NCBI GenBank assembly: GCA_963843555.1
Contig: CAWJKV010000010.1
Span: 64,001 to 128,000, forward strand
Source of the DNA: an uncultured Methanosarcinales archaeon
GTDB taxonomy: Archaea; Halobacteriota; Methanosarcinia; Methanotrichales; Methanotrichaceae
Direction of reading: 5' to 3'
DNA: 64,000 nt
Shown: positions 52,861 to 63,538 of the stretch, one piece after another
Position numbering within the stretch: position 1 is the first letter of the stretch
Layout of the letters: each line of letters opens with the position of its first letter
Position numbers and translations under genes: made by a program
The notes under the pieces: model-generated
The model's database searches: none
What the model saw: the letters and a program-made list of their open reading frames with translations, nothing else
What the model was told of the DNA's origin: nothing

Positions 52861-53902
52861 CTATAATACTATAAATCCATTTGCTGTTCTTACTACGTCC
52901 ACCTCTTCGCCGGGCTCGACTTGCAGATCCCTGGGCCGAGACGCGAGAGCTGACTTGAAAGTCTCTGGATCCATGATCTCCAGAACGTCGTTATCTTTGG
53001 TGATAACCATCGCTTTCAGGGCGTCGGCTCTATTTCCCAGGATCTCCACGCCCTCGGAGTTTTCTTCGCTCATGCTGGACCTGCGACCCTCGTGAAGTGA
53101 GGTTATTTGCGTTGTTTTGCCATCGAATCCTGACACAAAGGAGAGCGACCCGCGGAAGGATACAATATCTCCTCTCTTCAATCTCGGGAACCTTACCAAC
53201 AGGGTGGAACGGTACACATCGCGGCTATCCTTTTTTCCCACCAGTTTGCATGTTTCCAGGAGTCTGCCGCCGAAACGCTCCTGGAAAACCCTGGCCATAC
53301 GCCTCCCCAGCTGCGTCGAGCCCAGTATTATGTCCAGGCCGCCTTTGACCTCCTTCATCTCCTGGATAAAGGATAGCTGGTCGCCACCATGGTAGCCTGA
53401 ATCAGCCATGGACCGGGCGATCTTCTTGCACTCTTCAATCTCCTGTGCAGACATTGAGCGTATGTTGTTTCCCCGTGAGCTGCACTGTCGACTGGAAATA
53501 CTTGCCGGCCATGCGACTGCAGCGATCGCAGGCTACTAGTTTAATCCAGACAGGAATTTCACATTGCTCATTTATGCTCTGGCCTCTGAAACTGCCATTG
53601 ATATCCATTTTGGCCAGATATCTGGTTGCTCCAATTTTTCTGAGCTTGATCTCGACATCTGGCTGGCAGAACTCCTGATGAAACCAAAGTGCATCGACTG
53701 CTGCTGAAGACGCCAGTTCCTCTAATGGACGATCTTCCGGTAGCTGCCACTTTCCTTTTGTCTGTCGAGAGCTGCAGACAGAGCAGATGACCACCTCGAC
53801 CATATCGGGACAGGTGATCAGTTTTGTCGAATCCCGGGTGCATTGTAGGCACAGCCCCTCTTCCACAGGCATACCGCATTTCGGGCAAACGACCTGCATC
53901 AC
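52861..53902 (-). CDS. nmd3: NMD3 family protein (frameshift near 53475)
   Basis: CPKCG...LCLQC, CSVC, CDRCSRMAGKYF.STVQL, KLVGKKDSRDVYR. Confidence 0.88.
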
Positions 53903-54225
53903 ATTCGCACCATCTGGGCATAGAGAACACCGTCGATGGTGAGGACGTTCTCCCGTTCTACGTAGCCCAGCCGAATGGCATGCTCAACGGCTTTGCAGCC
54001 CACGAAATTGGCCATAGTTGCCCCTTTGAGAGCCATCTCGACCTCAAAACCTGTGGCCTTTTCCTCTCCAAAAAAGTCCGGGCTGACTTCGATACAAAGA
54101 TGGCCTTCTTTGAATTTTACGCCCAGAATATCGCTATCGCAGACGGCTATCAGCGTTTCTCTTCCTTGCTGGTAAGTTTTAAGACACATCTCTTTCCTTT
54201 CAATCTCATCGGACGTCTCGGACAT
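53899..54225 (-). CDS. DUF424 family protein
   Basis: LIAVCDSDILG, FFG, ATMANFVG. Confidence 0.88.
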   Translation of the reverse strand: MSETSDEIERKEMCLKTYQQGRETLIAVCDSDILGVKFKEGHLCIEVSPDFFGEEKATGFEVEMALKGATMANFVGCKAVEHAIRLGYVERENVLTIDGVLYAQMVRM

Positions 54226-54308
54226 GGTAATCGAAGCAAATCATATTTGTTGCTGTTTTTGTTAAGGCTCTATTTCAAATCCAGGGCCTAAATAAGCAGC
54301 GCTAGTAT

Positions 54309-56393
54309 TTAAGGCAGCTTCAGCATTCCCGGCCGTGGCTCGAAGACGTCGCCATCTCTTCTCATGCGATCGATGATCTCTTCCGCTTTAGCTCTTTCTA
54401 TGCCCAGCTCCTCTGCCCTATCCAGGACTGCATCTCTGGAAGCCGGGCCCTGGCTCTCGCGGCTCACGTCTCGGATGATATCTATCACCGATTTGGTTCT
54501 ATCTCTGGTGCTCTTGGTCGTGCCTGAAGCGATGATGTCGGCATCCAGGAAACCTGTCTCGGGGTCCACGCCCACTTTTCGCAGACACGCCTCCAGGATC
54601 TTGACCACCCTCTGGGCGTCGGCAAGAGTCACTTTATCGCTCAGGCGAAGCCGGGCGCTGGCCTCGCCCAAACGTATCAAAGCCTCCAGCTGGCGGGCAG
54701 TGACGGGCACCGGCTTATTTGAGTCCTGGCCCTGGGTCCTCAGGCCGACGTAGTACTTCAGGAAATACTCTTTGGCCTCTTCGGTCAGGGTGGGGAATAT
54801 ATTCTTGCGAGCATAGGCCACATATTTCCTGAGCACCTCAGGCTCGATGGCAGGCATTATCACAGTAAGGGCATTATCGATATCCTCCTGAGATATATCC
54901 GGGTTCCAGGCCTTTTGGGTGGAGAGCTCACCGGCATAGTTGCTCTTCAGGATGTGCTGTGCGATAGCCGAATCCCTCTTGGTGTCCGGATCATCGGTCA
55001 GAACGAAGATCAGGTCGAACCGCGACATGAGGGCTGGAGTGAGATTGATCTGGGGGGCGATGGGCTCGTACTTGTCGAACCTTCCCAGTTTCGGGTTGGC
55101 GGCGGCCAGGAGAGAGCAGCGAGACTTCAGTGTAGCCATAACCCCGGCCTTGGCGACGCTTATCGTTTGTTGCTCCATCGCTTCGTGCAGGGCGCTCTTG
55201 TCCTCGTTGTTCATCTTGTCCATCTCATCTATGGCGGCTATGCCCTTATCTGCCAGAACCAGGGCGCCTGCCTCGATGGTCCAGCGGCCGTCGCCCAGCT
55301 CGTCCTTGACAGCCGTAGCGGTGAGGCCGGCAGAGGTGGAGCTCTTGCCCGAGGTGTAGATGCCGCGAGGCGAGATCTTGATCATGTACCTTAAAAGCTG
55401 AGATTTGGCGATGCCCGGATCTCCCACCAGGAGGATGTGAATATCCCCGCGGATGCGTGCCCCATCGGGAAGATGCTTCTCGAATCCTGAGACCAATTGC
55501 AGGCCCAGAGCCTCTTTTACATCCTCGTAGCCGTAGATGGATGGGGCAATGGAATTTCTTATATTTTCATAGATCTCCGGGTCGCGAGACATCTTCAGGA
55601 TCATCTCCTCATCCTCCGGAGAGATGTCGATCTCTTCGAACTCCTGATCCTTCATCTCCACAGAGATGCCCTTATGGAAGAGGTCAAAGTAGGTGCTCTT
55701 GCCCTGCTGGGGGTTGCTTCGCTGGTAGGATTTGAGAACACCGTTGACGATAACACGGTCTCCGGGGAATATCCTGCCCGCAAGGTCATCCTCCAACTCG
55801 ACATCCAGAGTTTGAGGCTGCTGTCCGCCCCGCAGTTCCTCGGGCGACTCCTGTACCCTGATCTTCTGGGCATCGACGAACTTGGATTGGGCCAGCATGA
55901 GCTTGAAAGGTCCGCCTCTGTCGCAGGCCTGATTCATGCACTTCAGGTTCTGGTCCTCGAACTTGTTGCCCGTCTGCTCCTTGAAGAAGGTGAAGCCGCA
56001 CCTCTGGCACTGGAAGGCGGCAGAGGTGATCTTAGGCCTCACCTCCGTTGCCGTCCTGACCAGGCCGTCAATGGCCAGCAGCTTGCCGATGTGATCCGAG
56101 CGCAGCTCGCGAGTCTTGAAATGGCGGGGCAGCTCCTCGATGCGCACATGTGCCCGATCCATGTAAACATCCATAGGCAGGTCAAGCTCCAGCATGGCAG
56201 CACGCGCAGCTTCCAGAGTCGCTTCCGGGTTTTCCATCAACTCTTCGGCGAAGTCGGGGTCGAACTTGTCAATATCTGAGAAGCGAATCTTCAAGCTGCG
56301 CTCATCAGGGTAGGAGTCAGCCAGCTCCAGAAGATCATCCCAGTAACGAGACCGGAGGAATTCCTCCCATTTGGCGACAGGATCGGCGGGCAT
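54309..56393 (-). CDS. mcm: Replicative helicase MCM
   Basis: Zn finger, GDPGIAKSQ, IDEMDKM, ALHEAMEQQ, SRFD; no intein. Confidence 0.97.
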   Translation of the reverse strand: MPADPVAKWEEFLRSRYWDDLLELADSYPDERSLKIRFSDIDKFDPDFAEELMENPEATLEAARAAMLELDLPMDVYMDRAHVRIEELPRHFKTRELRSDHIGKLLAIDGLVRTATEVRPKITSAAFQCQRCGFTFFKEQTGNKFEDQNLKCMNQACDRGGPFKLMLAQSKFVDAQKIRVQESPEELRGGQQPQTLDVELEDDLAGRIFPGDRVIVNGVLKSYQRSNPQQGKSTYFDLFHKGISVEMKDQEFEEIDISPEDEEMILKMSRDPEIYENIRNSIAPSIYGYEDVKEALGLQLVSGFEKHLPDGARIRGDIHILLVGDPGIAKSQLLRYMIKISPRGIYTSGKSSTSAGLTATAVKDELGDGRWTIEAGALVLADKGIAAIDEMDKMNNEDKSALHEAMEQQTISVAKAGVMATLKSRCSLLAAANPKLGRFDKYEPIAPQINLTPALMSRFDLIFVLTDDPDTKRDSAIAQHILKSNYAGELSTQKAWNPDISQEDIDNALTVIMPAIEPEVLRKYVAYARKNIFPTLTEEAKEYFLKYYVGLRTQGQDSNKPVPVTARQLEALIRLGEASARLRLSDKVTLADAQRVVKILEACLRKVGVDPETGFLDADIIASGTTKSTRDRTKSVIDIIRDVSRESQGPASRDAVLDRAEELGIERAKAEEIIDRMRRDGDVFEPRPGMLKLP

Positions 56394-56487
56394 TTGCGAG
56401 GGGATGTAGGATGGGCAAAGTATCTAAAGGATTTGGAGCGGGGTGAGATTGCATGAAATTTTTTCACGACAGAAAAGCTAAAAGCCT

Positions 56488-56937
56488 GTGCCAGGAGTCC
56501 AGAGTGCGGAGATGATTATATTGAAGATGACGTGGTTAATTGCCGTCTTAATTATGTTCTTTCTAGCCGTTGCACCAGCACTCGGTGAGATGACCGAGTA
56601 TCAGAGAGGGGTGGCGAACGGCCTCAAAGTCGGACTTTTTGTGGGCGAGTACTATGGAAGAGGCCAGTACGTAGTTGATTATGCGGGGCAGTATAATACC
56701 TATCTTGATACGTACAATCAATTTCTATGGTCGTCTTTCAGCACCAACCAGACTCTTAGGAATGAGTTCATGCTCAATCCCATTGCTGTCGCACCCAGAT
56801 CCTCAGGCAGCGGCGGGCCGCTGCCGGATGCTAGCGGCAGAATTTATGGATATCCTGCAGCTTCTTACTATACCTGGACAGGTGCAGTTCCAGGAACCAC
56901 CCCTGAAAATCCCGGGGCCGCTCTGCCTGGTGTTTAG
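56488..56937 (+). CDS. Secreted hypothetical protein
   Basis: Signal peptide (MTWLIAVLIMFFLAVAPALG); Tyr/Gly/Pro-rich. Confidence 0.65.
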   Translation: MPGVQSAEMIILKMTWLIAVLIMFFLAVAPALGEMTEYQRGVANGLKVGLFVGEYYGRGQYVVDYAGQYNTYLDTYNQFLWSSFSTNQTLRNEFMLNPIAVAPRSSGSGGPLPDASGRIYGYPAASYYTWTGAVPGTTPENPGAALPGV

Positions 56938-56956
56938 AAGATAGGGCAATTTCCCG

Positions 56957-57024
56957 AATTTCCCGGGAAATTTGCGCTACCCGCTCTTCCGGGGCCCAGG
57001 TGAATTGTATATTCTCTTTTTTTG
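56957..57024 (+). terminator. Perfect 16-bp palindrome plus downstream T-tract; candidate terminator or binding site
   Basis: AATTTCCCGGGAAATT at 56957-56972; TCTTTTTTTG at about 57015-57024. Confidence 0.35.
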
Positions 57025-57325
57025 TGAAGTCTAGGATGCGCCTTTGCCCAAATCACCGAATATAGGATCATTTGTTGACTAGCATTTTGGTGATCCATAA
57101 ACCGTCCTATTTTGCCAGCTCACTTCGTTGAAAGACGAATACCGAAAACTTTATATTCGTTGATTGTCTAGTATAGATTGGCAAAAGTCCAATTCTCTTT
57201 TCCCTCCTACATCACGACTTTTGCCTCCCTCCTTATCACACCATATGGATGAAGGGCGAACCAAAACGCCAGGTAGCCAGGCAGAGGAGACGAGCAAGGA
57301 TTTTTCGTGAAGACATGGCTGCGAG

Positions 57326-58190
57326 GGTCGTGTCCTCTAATAAGTTCGAGTTTGTAATAGGGATAAGTCAGAAGTTCGCTCAATGACCAGATATGATCGA
57401 TTAATCCTGCTTTTCTTTGCCAGACTGTCAAATCTATTCTTTCCCAATTCATCTTTGTATTTCAAGGATAAGTGCTCTCTACGGTAATTGAAGTTTGCAA
57501 AAGTATAGAATCATTTGTTCATATAGAGGTTAAGCCTTTCGATGTAACTGGTCGATATCATATAGAATCGATATCCTTTGCCATAAATTATTCTCTTGGT
57601 TACCTTTTTGAGAACGCCCCCTTCTCTTTCCTTTATTATCTGGGCATATCTTAATAAATCGCTTATTGCCAATCTTGGCGATCTAGGTCGTCCTCTTTTT
57701 CCTGTTCGTGGAAAGGCTTGTAACTGTCAGTATTGCTTAAGTAGGGCATTTGGATAGCACTTCAATCCATCGGTTACAAATAGCGGCATCGATCCCAGGT
57801 GTTTTAGCGATATTTGCAACAAGATTATCTGCCATTTCCTGTGATCTTTCTCCGATCACATGTGATACCACTAGCCTTGAACTGGTAGCCATGCTTATCC
57901 AGACCCAGGTTCCTTCATCCTCGAATTCTCTGTCTTTCGGCAATTGGTTTTTTCCACAAAGGTCCATAGTTCATCCATCTCTACCTTTTCGGTTACTATG
58001 TCCTTCATGACGACTTCGTCGACCTTCTGACTATGTTCAGCAGCTCTAGAAATCCATTTGCTTACTGCATCGGGTTTAACTTAAGAATCACTTCGATCTT
58101 GCGAAGGCTCATGCCACTCATGGACATCTCTAAGGGTTGAACAACTTTATCGTTACTTGTTCTGAGATCGTAAAAGGCGGTGTTGGTCCT
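57326..58190 (-). mobile_element. IS1-family transposase remnant (degenerate, left end missing)
   Basis: TNTAFYDLRT, EMDELWTFV, A6C slippery motif at 57953-57947, GTWVWIS, GERSQEMA, AGLIDHIWSLSELL; candidate terminus GGTCGTGTCC at 57326. Confidence 0.8.
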
Positions 58191-58408
58191 ATCACAGCCA
58201 AGGCCTATCGCGCCTCCGGCGCATCCGTAGGTCTCTCTGCTGAACACTGCTGTCCTCCCCTCGCGGGCGACTTTGGCATAGAGCCACATGATGCAGCCCC
58301 ATGCAATCCTTCTTGAGTTCGAGTGCACCTTTAGGGTTTTTATCGCTCCATATGAGCGCGACAGGTTCTGTTCTCAAGCCCGGCTGCCCGAGCAATTGCG
58401 CTTGTCAT
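58190..58408 (-). pseudogene. DUF169-like protein N-terminal fragment, truncated at the IS1 remnant
   Basis: MTSAIARAA/GLRTEPVALIWSD/WGCIMWLYAKVAREGRTAVFSRETYGCAGGAIGLG across frames. Confidence 0.65.
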
Positions 58409-58853
58409 TCCCATCTTCCTTCACCTCCGTTCTGTCGAGATTTGTGATGACACGTTCGGCAATCCGGTAGGCGATCTCTTCCTCCTCAGGCGAAAAGCCC
58501 GCGAGAACCTCATCGTTGAGCTGATCGCCGATATTGACAAGTTCGCGCTCGATCGACCATGCCTTCTCAGTTAGCCTCACTATTAGTTTGCGGCTGTCTT
58601 TTTCGTCTTTTTTCCGAACGATATAGCCAGCCGCCTCCAGTTTCCTCACCTCTCTGGAGCAGAGTGCCTTGTCTATCTTCAGATCGGAGGCTATCCGCTC
58701 CTGGCTTGTACCGTCATGCTTGTAGAGATACCTCAGGATTGAGTACTGCGTTATACGAATAAAGTAAGGGCTGATCTTTTCGTTCAGCCAAGCTTGCTGG
58801 AGCCAGTACATCCGCGAGATGTACTTCCCAAAGGGTCCGTCTGTGTCTCTCAC
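58374..58853 (-). CDS. MarR family transcriptional regulator
   Basis: QYSILRYLYKHDGTSQERIA...IDKA...LEAAGYIVRKKDEKDSRKLIVRLTEKA; GTG 58853 preferred because the upstream ORF extension is operator DNA. Confidence 0.9.
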   Translation of the reverse strand: MRDTDGPFGKYISRMYWLQQAWLNEKISPYFIRITQYSILRYLYKHDGTSQERIASDLKIDKALCSREVRKLEAAGYIVRKKDEKDSRKLIVRLTEKAWSIERELVNIGDQLNDEVLAGFSPEEEEIAYRIAERVITNLDRTEVKEDGNDKRNCSGSRA

Positions 58854-58857
58854 AGAT

Positions 58858-58899
58858 TTAGTTGATGAGTCAACTAATATTAATAGTTGATGGGTCAAC
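58858..58899. promoter_or_regulatory. Tandem MarR operator palindromes
   Basis: TTAGTTGA-tgag-TCAACTAA (58858-58877) and GTTGA-tggg-TCAAC (58886-58899) flanking an AT-rich TATA-like spacer. Confidence 0.7.
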
Positions 58900-59012
58900 G
58901 ATAACTGGTTTCTTCAGTTTTACTTTCAAGTTTTTTTTACTGGAAAGCTAAACAAGAAGCTCTGAACGACGCTAAAAAGGATAGGGAAATTTGTGCCCTC
59001 TTACGAGAATTT

Positions 59013-59729
59013 TTAATCAATGCTTTTTCCAAACTGATTGCAGAAGGCAAAATCCCCAATATTCCTGCGTACCCTCAGGTATTTGGGCGGCTGGGAGACA
59101 GGATATCCCAGGCGGACGGCATAGGCGATCTTCATATACTCCGGAATCTTGAGAATTCGCTTCACCTCTTCCTCTACAGAGCCCCCGCCAAAAACGCTCA
59201 GTATATGATAGCCGATCCCAAGGTCCTGGGCCATGAGCCACATATTCTCCATGAGGCAGCCTAGGCTCACGAACCCCAGAGCATCCCCCTCAGATGCAGG
59301 GGCCCTCTTCCTTGAATCATAGACCACTATGAGCAGCACAGGGCTGCCCTGAATTCTGTACCTCAGGGGAGCAGGCCCGCTCTCCCGCGCCACCCTGGTC
59401 CAGTCGCCCGGAGTCCTCCAGGACGGCGGGAACTGGGCGCCCAGGATTCCTACCTTCTTTTTGCACAGCTCTTCCTCAGAGAAGGAGAGCTGTTGATAAT
59501 TCTCCCTGAGGAATTCTTCTGAGATGCCTGACTTGATATTTCCTATTTCATCTAGGATTTTTTTGTCGTCAACGATGACGATATCGAAGTTCTGCATGTT
59601 GTGGGCTGTGGGAGCCCAGCGTGCCGCCTCCAATATTTTCCTCAAATCCTCCTTGGAGGGCGGACGGTTGGAATCAAAGGGTACCCTTGACGAATGCCTC
59701 TCCCGGATAACCTTCAAGACATCGCTCAT
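59013..59729 (-). CDS. Nitroreductase family protein
   Basis: IRERHSSR, ILEAARWAPTAHNMQ, ENMWLMAQDLGIG, LGYP. Confidence 0.92.
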   Translation of the reverse strand: MSDVLKVIRERHSSRVPFDSNRPPSKEDLRKILEAARWAPTAHNMQNFDIVIVDDKKILDEIGNIKSGISEEFLRENYQQLSFSEEELCKKKVGILGAQFPPSWRTPGDWTRVARESGPAPLRYRIQGSPVLLIVVYDSRKRAPASEGDALGFVSLGCLMENMWLMAQDLGIGYHILSVFGGGSVEEEVKRILKIPEYMKIAYAVRLGYPVSQPPKYLRVRRNIGDFAFCNQFGKSID

Positions 59730-59759
59730 GAGATCAAACCTCCATCATATCTTTACCAT

Positions 59760-59998
59760 CCTTAGATCTTTAAATTGCTCTGGAATAAACCTTTCCTGAC
59801 ATCATCCTCTCGTAGGCCAGGGGGCAGTCCTCAGGCGGATATATCTCAACTATGGGCCTAACGACTGTGAGGACGCTGAAGCGCAATGCATCCTTGGATC
59901 TTTCTCCTACCCAATCCTGATGGACCTTCCCCCGCGCAGCAGCAGGGATAACGGGATCTGCAGCAATCTTCTGGGAAGGTAACGATGACCATCTCCCC
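59760..59998 (-). pseudogene. C-terminal fragment of a zinc-dependent alcohol dehydrogenase
   Basis: LLLRGGRSI.../DALRFSVLTVVRPIVEIYP..CPLAYERMMSGK, resembling the C-terminus of MDR/AdhP-type enzymes. Confidence 0.55.
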
Positions 59999-59999
59999 G

Positions 60000-60266
60000 T
60001 TGTTTGCAGCTATCTTTTTCGTCCCTCTTCCTAACGAAAAAGCCTGCCTTCTCCAGTTTCCTCACCTCTCTGGAGCAGAGCGCCTTGTCTATCTTCAGGT
60101 GTGGGGCTATCCGCTCCTGGCTTGTACCGTCATGCTTGTAGAGGTACCTCAGGATTGAGTACTGCATTATGCGAATAGAGTAAGGGCTGATCTTTTCGTT
60201 CAGCCTTGCCTGCAGGAGCCAGTATATCCGCGAGATCTTCCCAGAGGGTCCGTCCGTGTCTCTCAC
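60000..60266 (-). pseudogene. Truncated duplicate of the MarR regulator
   Basis: Near-identical to 58590..58853 up to DEKDS, then diverges into the ADH fragment. Confidence 0.85.
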
Positions 60267-60273
60267 AAACTTC

Positions 60274-60312
60274 GTTGATGTGTCAACTAACATTAATAGT
60301 TGATGGGTCAAC
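60274..60312. promoter_or_regulatory. Second pair of MarR operator palindromes
   Basis: GTTGA-tgtg-TCAAC (60274-60287) and GTTGA-tggg-TCAAC (60299-60312). Confidence 0.7.
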
Positions 60313-60465
60313 GAAAAAAGTAGATGGTTATACGCATCGGCCAATGGGTTACCTTTCGAAAATCAATTCTATTTTGCCTCAAAAAGTTTTATCTAATATA
60401 AGTATTATTAGTGATCAACCATTGGTTGAGTCTTCATGATGCTTCGAGCCATGAGGTAATAGACT

Positions 60466-60648
60466 GTGAAAGAAGAGCTAGATAAGCTCAGGCAGGGTAA
60501 TGGCACCCGAAACTGGCAAACATGTTCTGATGCAAACGTAGGACCTGAGCTGGATTTTGCCGACATCATGAACACAGTCGGTCAAGGATTATTGGTGACT
60601 GGCGAAAATGGCTCATTAAATATGTTAATCCTGCCTTTGCAGTCGTGA
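60466..60648 (+). pseudogene. N-terminal fragment of a PAS-domain sensor protein
   Basis: FADIMNTVGQGLLVTGE followed in another frame by KYVNPAFA (PAS signature); no continuation. Confidence 0.55.
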
Positions 60649-60858
60649 GAAATGACGCTTAACGGCGGGCCGCTTGTTGAAGGAAATAAGGATCTTCAAG
60701 CGCAATTGGGTATCAATTTTTATCCTCGCGATATGCTATTCAGCCGAGATGCGTCGCGCCCGGAAATAGCATGCACCGACAGTCTTTTTAGGAATAGTTC
60801 ATATTTGTTTCGTTCCACCGGCAACCCGTAAATACCAAGCCGTTTCAACTTCATTTGA

Positions 60859-61879
60859 ATGTTGAATGATGTTCGCCTTTCCATCGCGGCAGAATTGATC
60901 AGAGATTACATCTCCCTGGACGGGATTGACTCGTACTGCGCCGAGACGGGAGTAGAGAGCCGGGACTTCGTGGAGGTAGAGCCCTGCGATTTTGAAGGCG
61001 AGATATTCGCAGTAGACGGCTCCAATGCCCCGATATGCAGCTGGTCGGTTGCCAATCTGAATTTCATCCGGGCAGGCTATGCCGTCTACCGGGGAAGGGA
61101 TTGGCAGAGGACGGTCATCACCTACGACGATATCTTCCTGGCCGACCCCAGGATGTGCAGGGAAGCCTTCGATCCCTATCTGGAGCAGATCTTCAACCTG
61201 AAGAGAATCGATCTCAAGGAATCAGATTTGGACAGGCTCTCCAGCTACTTCCGGGAGCTGCAGGAGTATGTGGCCCTGAATGAAGCCATAAACGATGCAA
61301 CCCCTGGAGATCTGGTCCTCTACGACGGCAGCTTCGATGTCTTTGAGCCTTTGCGAGGCGTTCTTTCCACCATATTTGCCCGGGCTAGAGAGAAGCACGT
61401 TGCCCTCCTGGCCATAGCCAAGTCCAGCTCTCTATTCTGGGGCGAAGAGATATCATTGCCTTTTGTGCAGCACACCAGCATTGCCGGCAGCCTGCTTATG
61501 CCAGGAGCTGCCTGGTATCTTAGCCTGAGGGATAAAAAAGTGGACCACGGCCAGGGCAGATGGGAAGGCGAGACCTACATCGTCCGCTTTAGCGGCCGCT
61601 CTGAGAGCGCCTTCCGGGTGGATGCGCCTTTATTTCTTGCCAGCGAAATCGGCCCGACCCTGGGAAAGCTGTCCGCCTACTCCTGTTCCTCCGAATGCCC
61701 GGGATATCCTCATGCCCTCTTCCGGGCCCACCGGGATATCAGGATCACTGCCCAGGAAGGAAGGCACACTGCGCCAGAAGCTGATGGAGCGGCTCTCTGC
61801 TATGGGGCTCAGTCAGTCTCAGGTTAGAGTGCTGATGCAAGACTACCACGACGTCCTGGAGATGCGACAAAGAATCTAA
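60859..61879 (+). CDS. nurA: DNA double-strand break repair nuclease NurA (frameshift near 61760)
   Basis: FAVDGS, LYDGS, IAKSS, GYPHALFRAH; upstream of herA-mre11. Confidence 0.9.
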
Positions 61880-61932
61880 GACGGATAGGAGAAACGAGGG
61901 ATAATTGAGATGAACAAAAGGGAGAGACGAAG

Positions 61933-63526
61933 GTGGAGATAAAAGAAGATGAGAATCTGCCTCACCAAGGCGGCAGTCTGTTGAATCGAATGGTGATAGA
62001 AAAGGGAGATACTACCTACCGCATCGTCTCAAAAAGCGTTACTGAATATCATTTCATAGTGCCCTACGACCAGCCCGAGGAGGATCGAGTGGAGGTTGGC
62101 CAGATCTTCTCCGTCAAAGACCGTGGCTTGACTTTCCTTGCCCGCGTTTTGAACATTGAGCACAGCTCTAACTATGACGGTCACTGGGATACCACCATGA
62201 AGGGGACTCAATTCTTCGACCACGATCAGATCTTCAACCGGGTTATCGCCGAACCCCTGGGTTGCGTTTCTCCTGAGGGCGTCTTCAGAAAGTCCCGAAC
62301 TCTGCCCACCAAATTCGCGCCTGTGATGCGCGCCGAGAAAGAGGAGTTCAAGTTCCTGCGCAGTGTTATGGGAGATATAGAGGTTGGATATCTGAGAAAC
62401 GGCTCCAGGCTGGTGGAAGAGATTCCCGTGGCTTTGCACAGCGAGGCCATGGACCACCACATGGGCGTCTTCGCCACAACCGGCATGGGCAAGTCCAACT
62501 TCATGAAGGTATTTGCCGCCTCGTGCATGAGGCTGGCGGCAAGAGGCAAGTCCAGGTTCGGGCTGCTCATCGTCGATCCGCACGGAGAATACCTGAAAGG
62601 GAAAAGGACCGGCGAAAGGGCTCACCCATCTCAAGAGATACAGGGAAGGTCTTGCCTGCTACTCCACTGACCTGAAGAACGCCTCCGATCCAGGAGTGGA
62701 GGAGCTGGCCATATCCGAGAGTGAGGTCCGACCGGAGGACATCGCCCTGCTCTATGAGTGGTCGCCGCCACAAAGGGACGCTCTGGATGCCATCTCCAGA
62801 ATCCTGGACTCGGGCAACTGGCTGGAGGAGATCCAGCGCCCGGAAGGGCTGGCCAGGATGGTCCAGGAAGGCTTCAAGGACACCACCGTCATGGTTCTGG
62901 TTAGGAGGATCAAGAATGAGCTGGAGAGAAACAAATACATAAAGAAGAGGTCCAGCCTGAACAACATCCTGACCAATCTGCAGAAAGGTTTGGTCGTCCT
63001 GGTGGATATCCCCAGGATGAGCGACCGCTCCGAGCTCTTCTTGCTCTCCGTCATCTCGCGCCATATACTGGAGGAGTACAAGAAAGATGAACAAGAGGGC
63101 CGCAAGAACTGCCTCATCACCATCGAGGAGGCGCAGAGGGTCCTCGGTGCAGACGGCAACATCTCCCGCTTCGAGAGCATAGCCCGGGAAGGCCGCAAGT
63201 TCGGGGTGGGGCTATGCGCCATCACCCAGCAGCCCAAGCTCATAGATAAAAAGCTCCTCTCCCAGTTCAACACCCTGGTGGTCATGGGCCTGGGAGACAG
63301 AAACGACCGCCAACAGCTCGAAGAGTCGGCCAAGCAGGACCTCTCCTCGATGGATATCGAGATTCAGACTCTGGAGAAGGGGGAAGCCGTCGTCTCCACG
63401 CTGAATATCCCCTTCCCGGTGCCTGCCAGGATACACCGCTATGAGGATTACTTGCGCCGTCTGGATAAGGAAGAAATGGAGGAGAGCCTTATAACCAGAG
63501 GAGGCTTCAAACCGTTTCTGGAGTAG
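61933..63526 (+). CDS. herA: DNA repair helicase/ATPase HerA (frameshift near 62615)
   Basis: HMGVFATTGMGKS, DPHGEY, IEEAQ, REGRKFGVGL, TQQP. Confidence 0.92.
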
Positions 63527-63538
63527 GAGAGGGAAGAG

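Noticed and set aside
54309..56393. Inteins in MCM, RtcB, NrdD or TFB
   Set aside because: Lengths are normal and no intein splice motifs interrupt conserved blocks.
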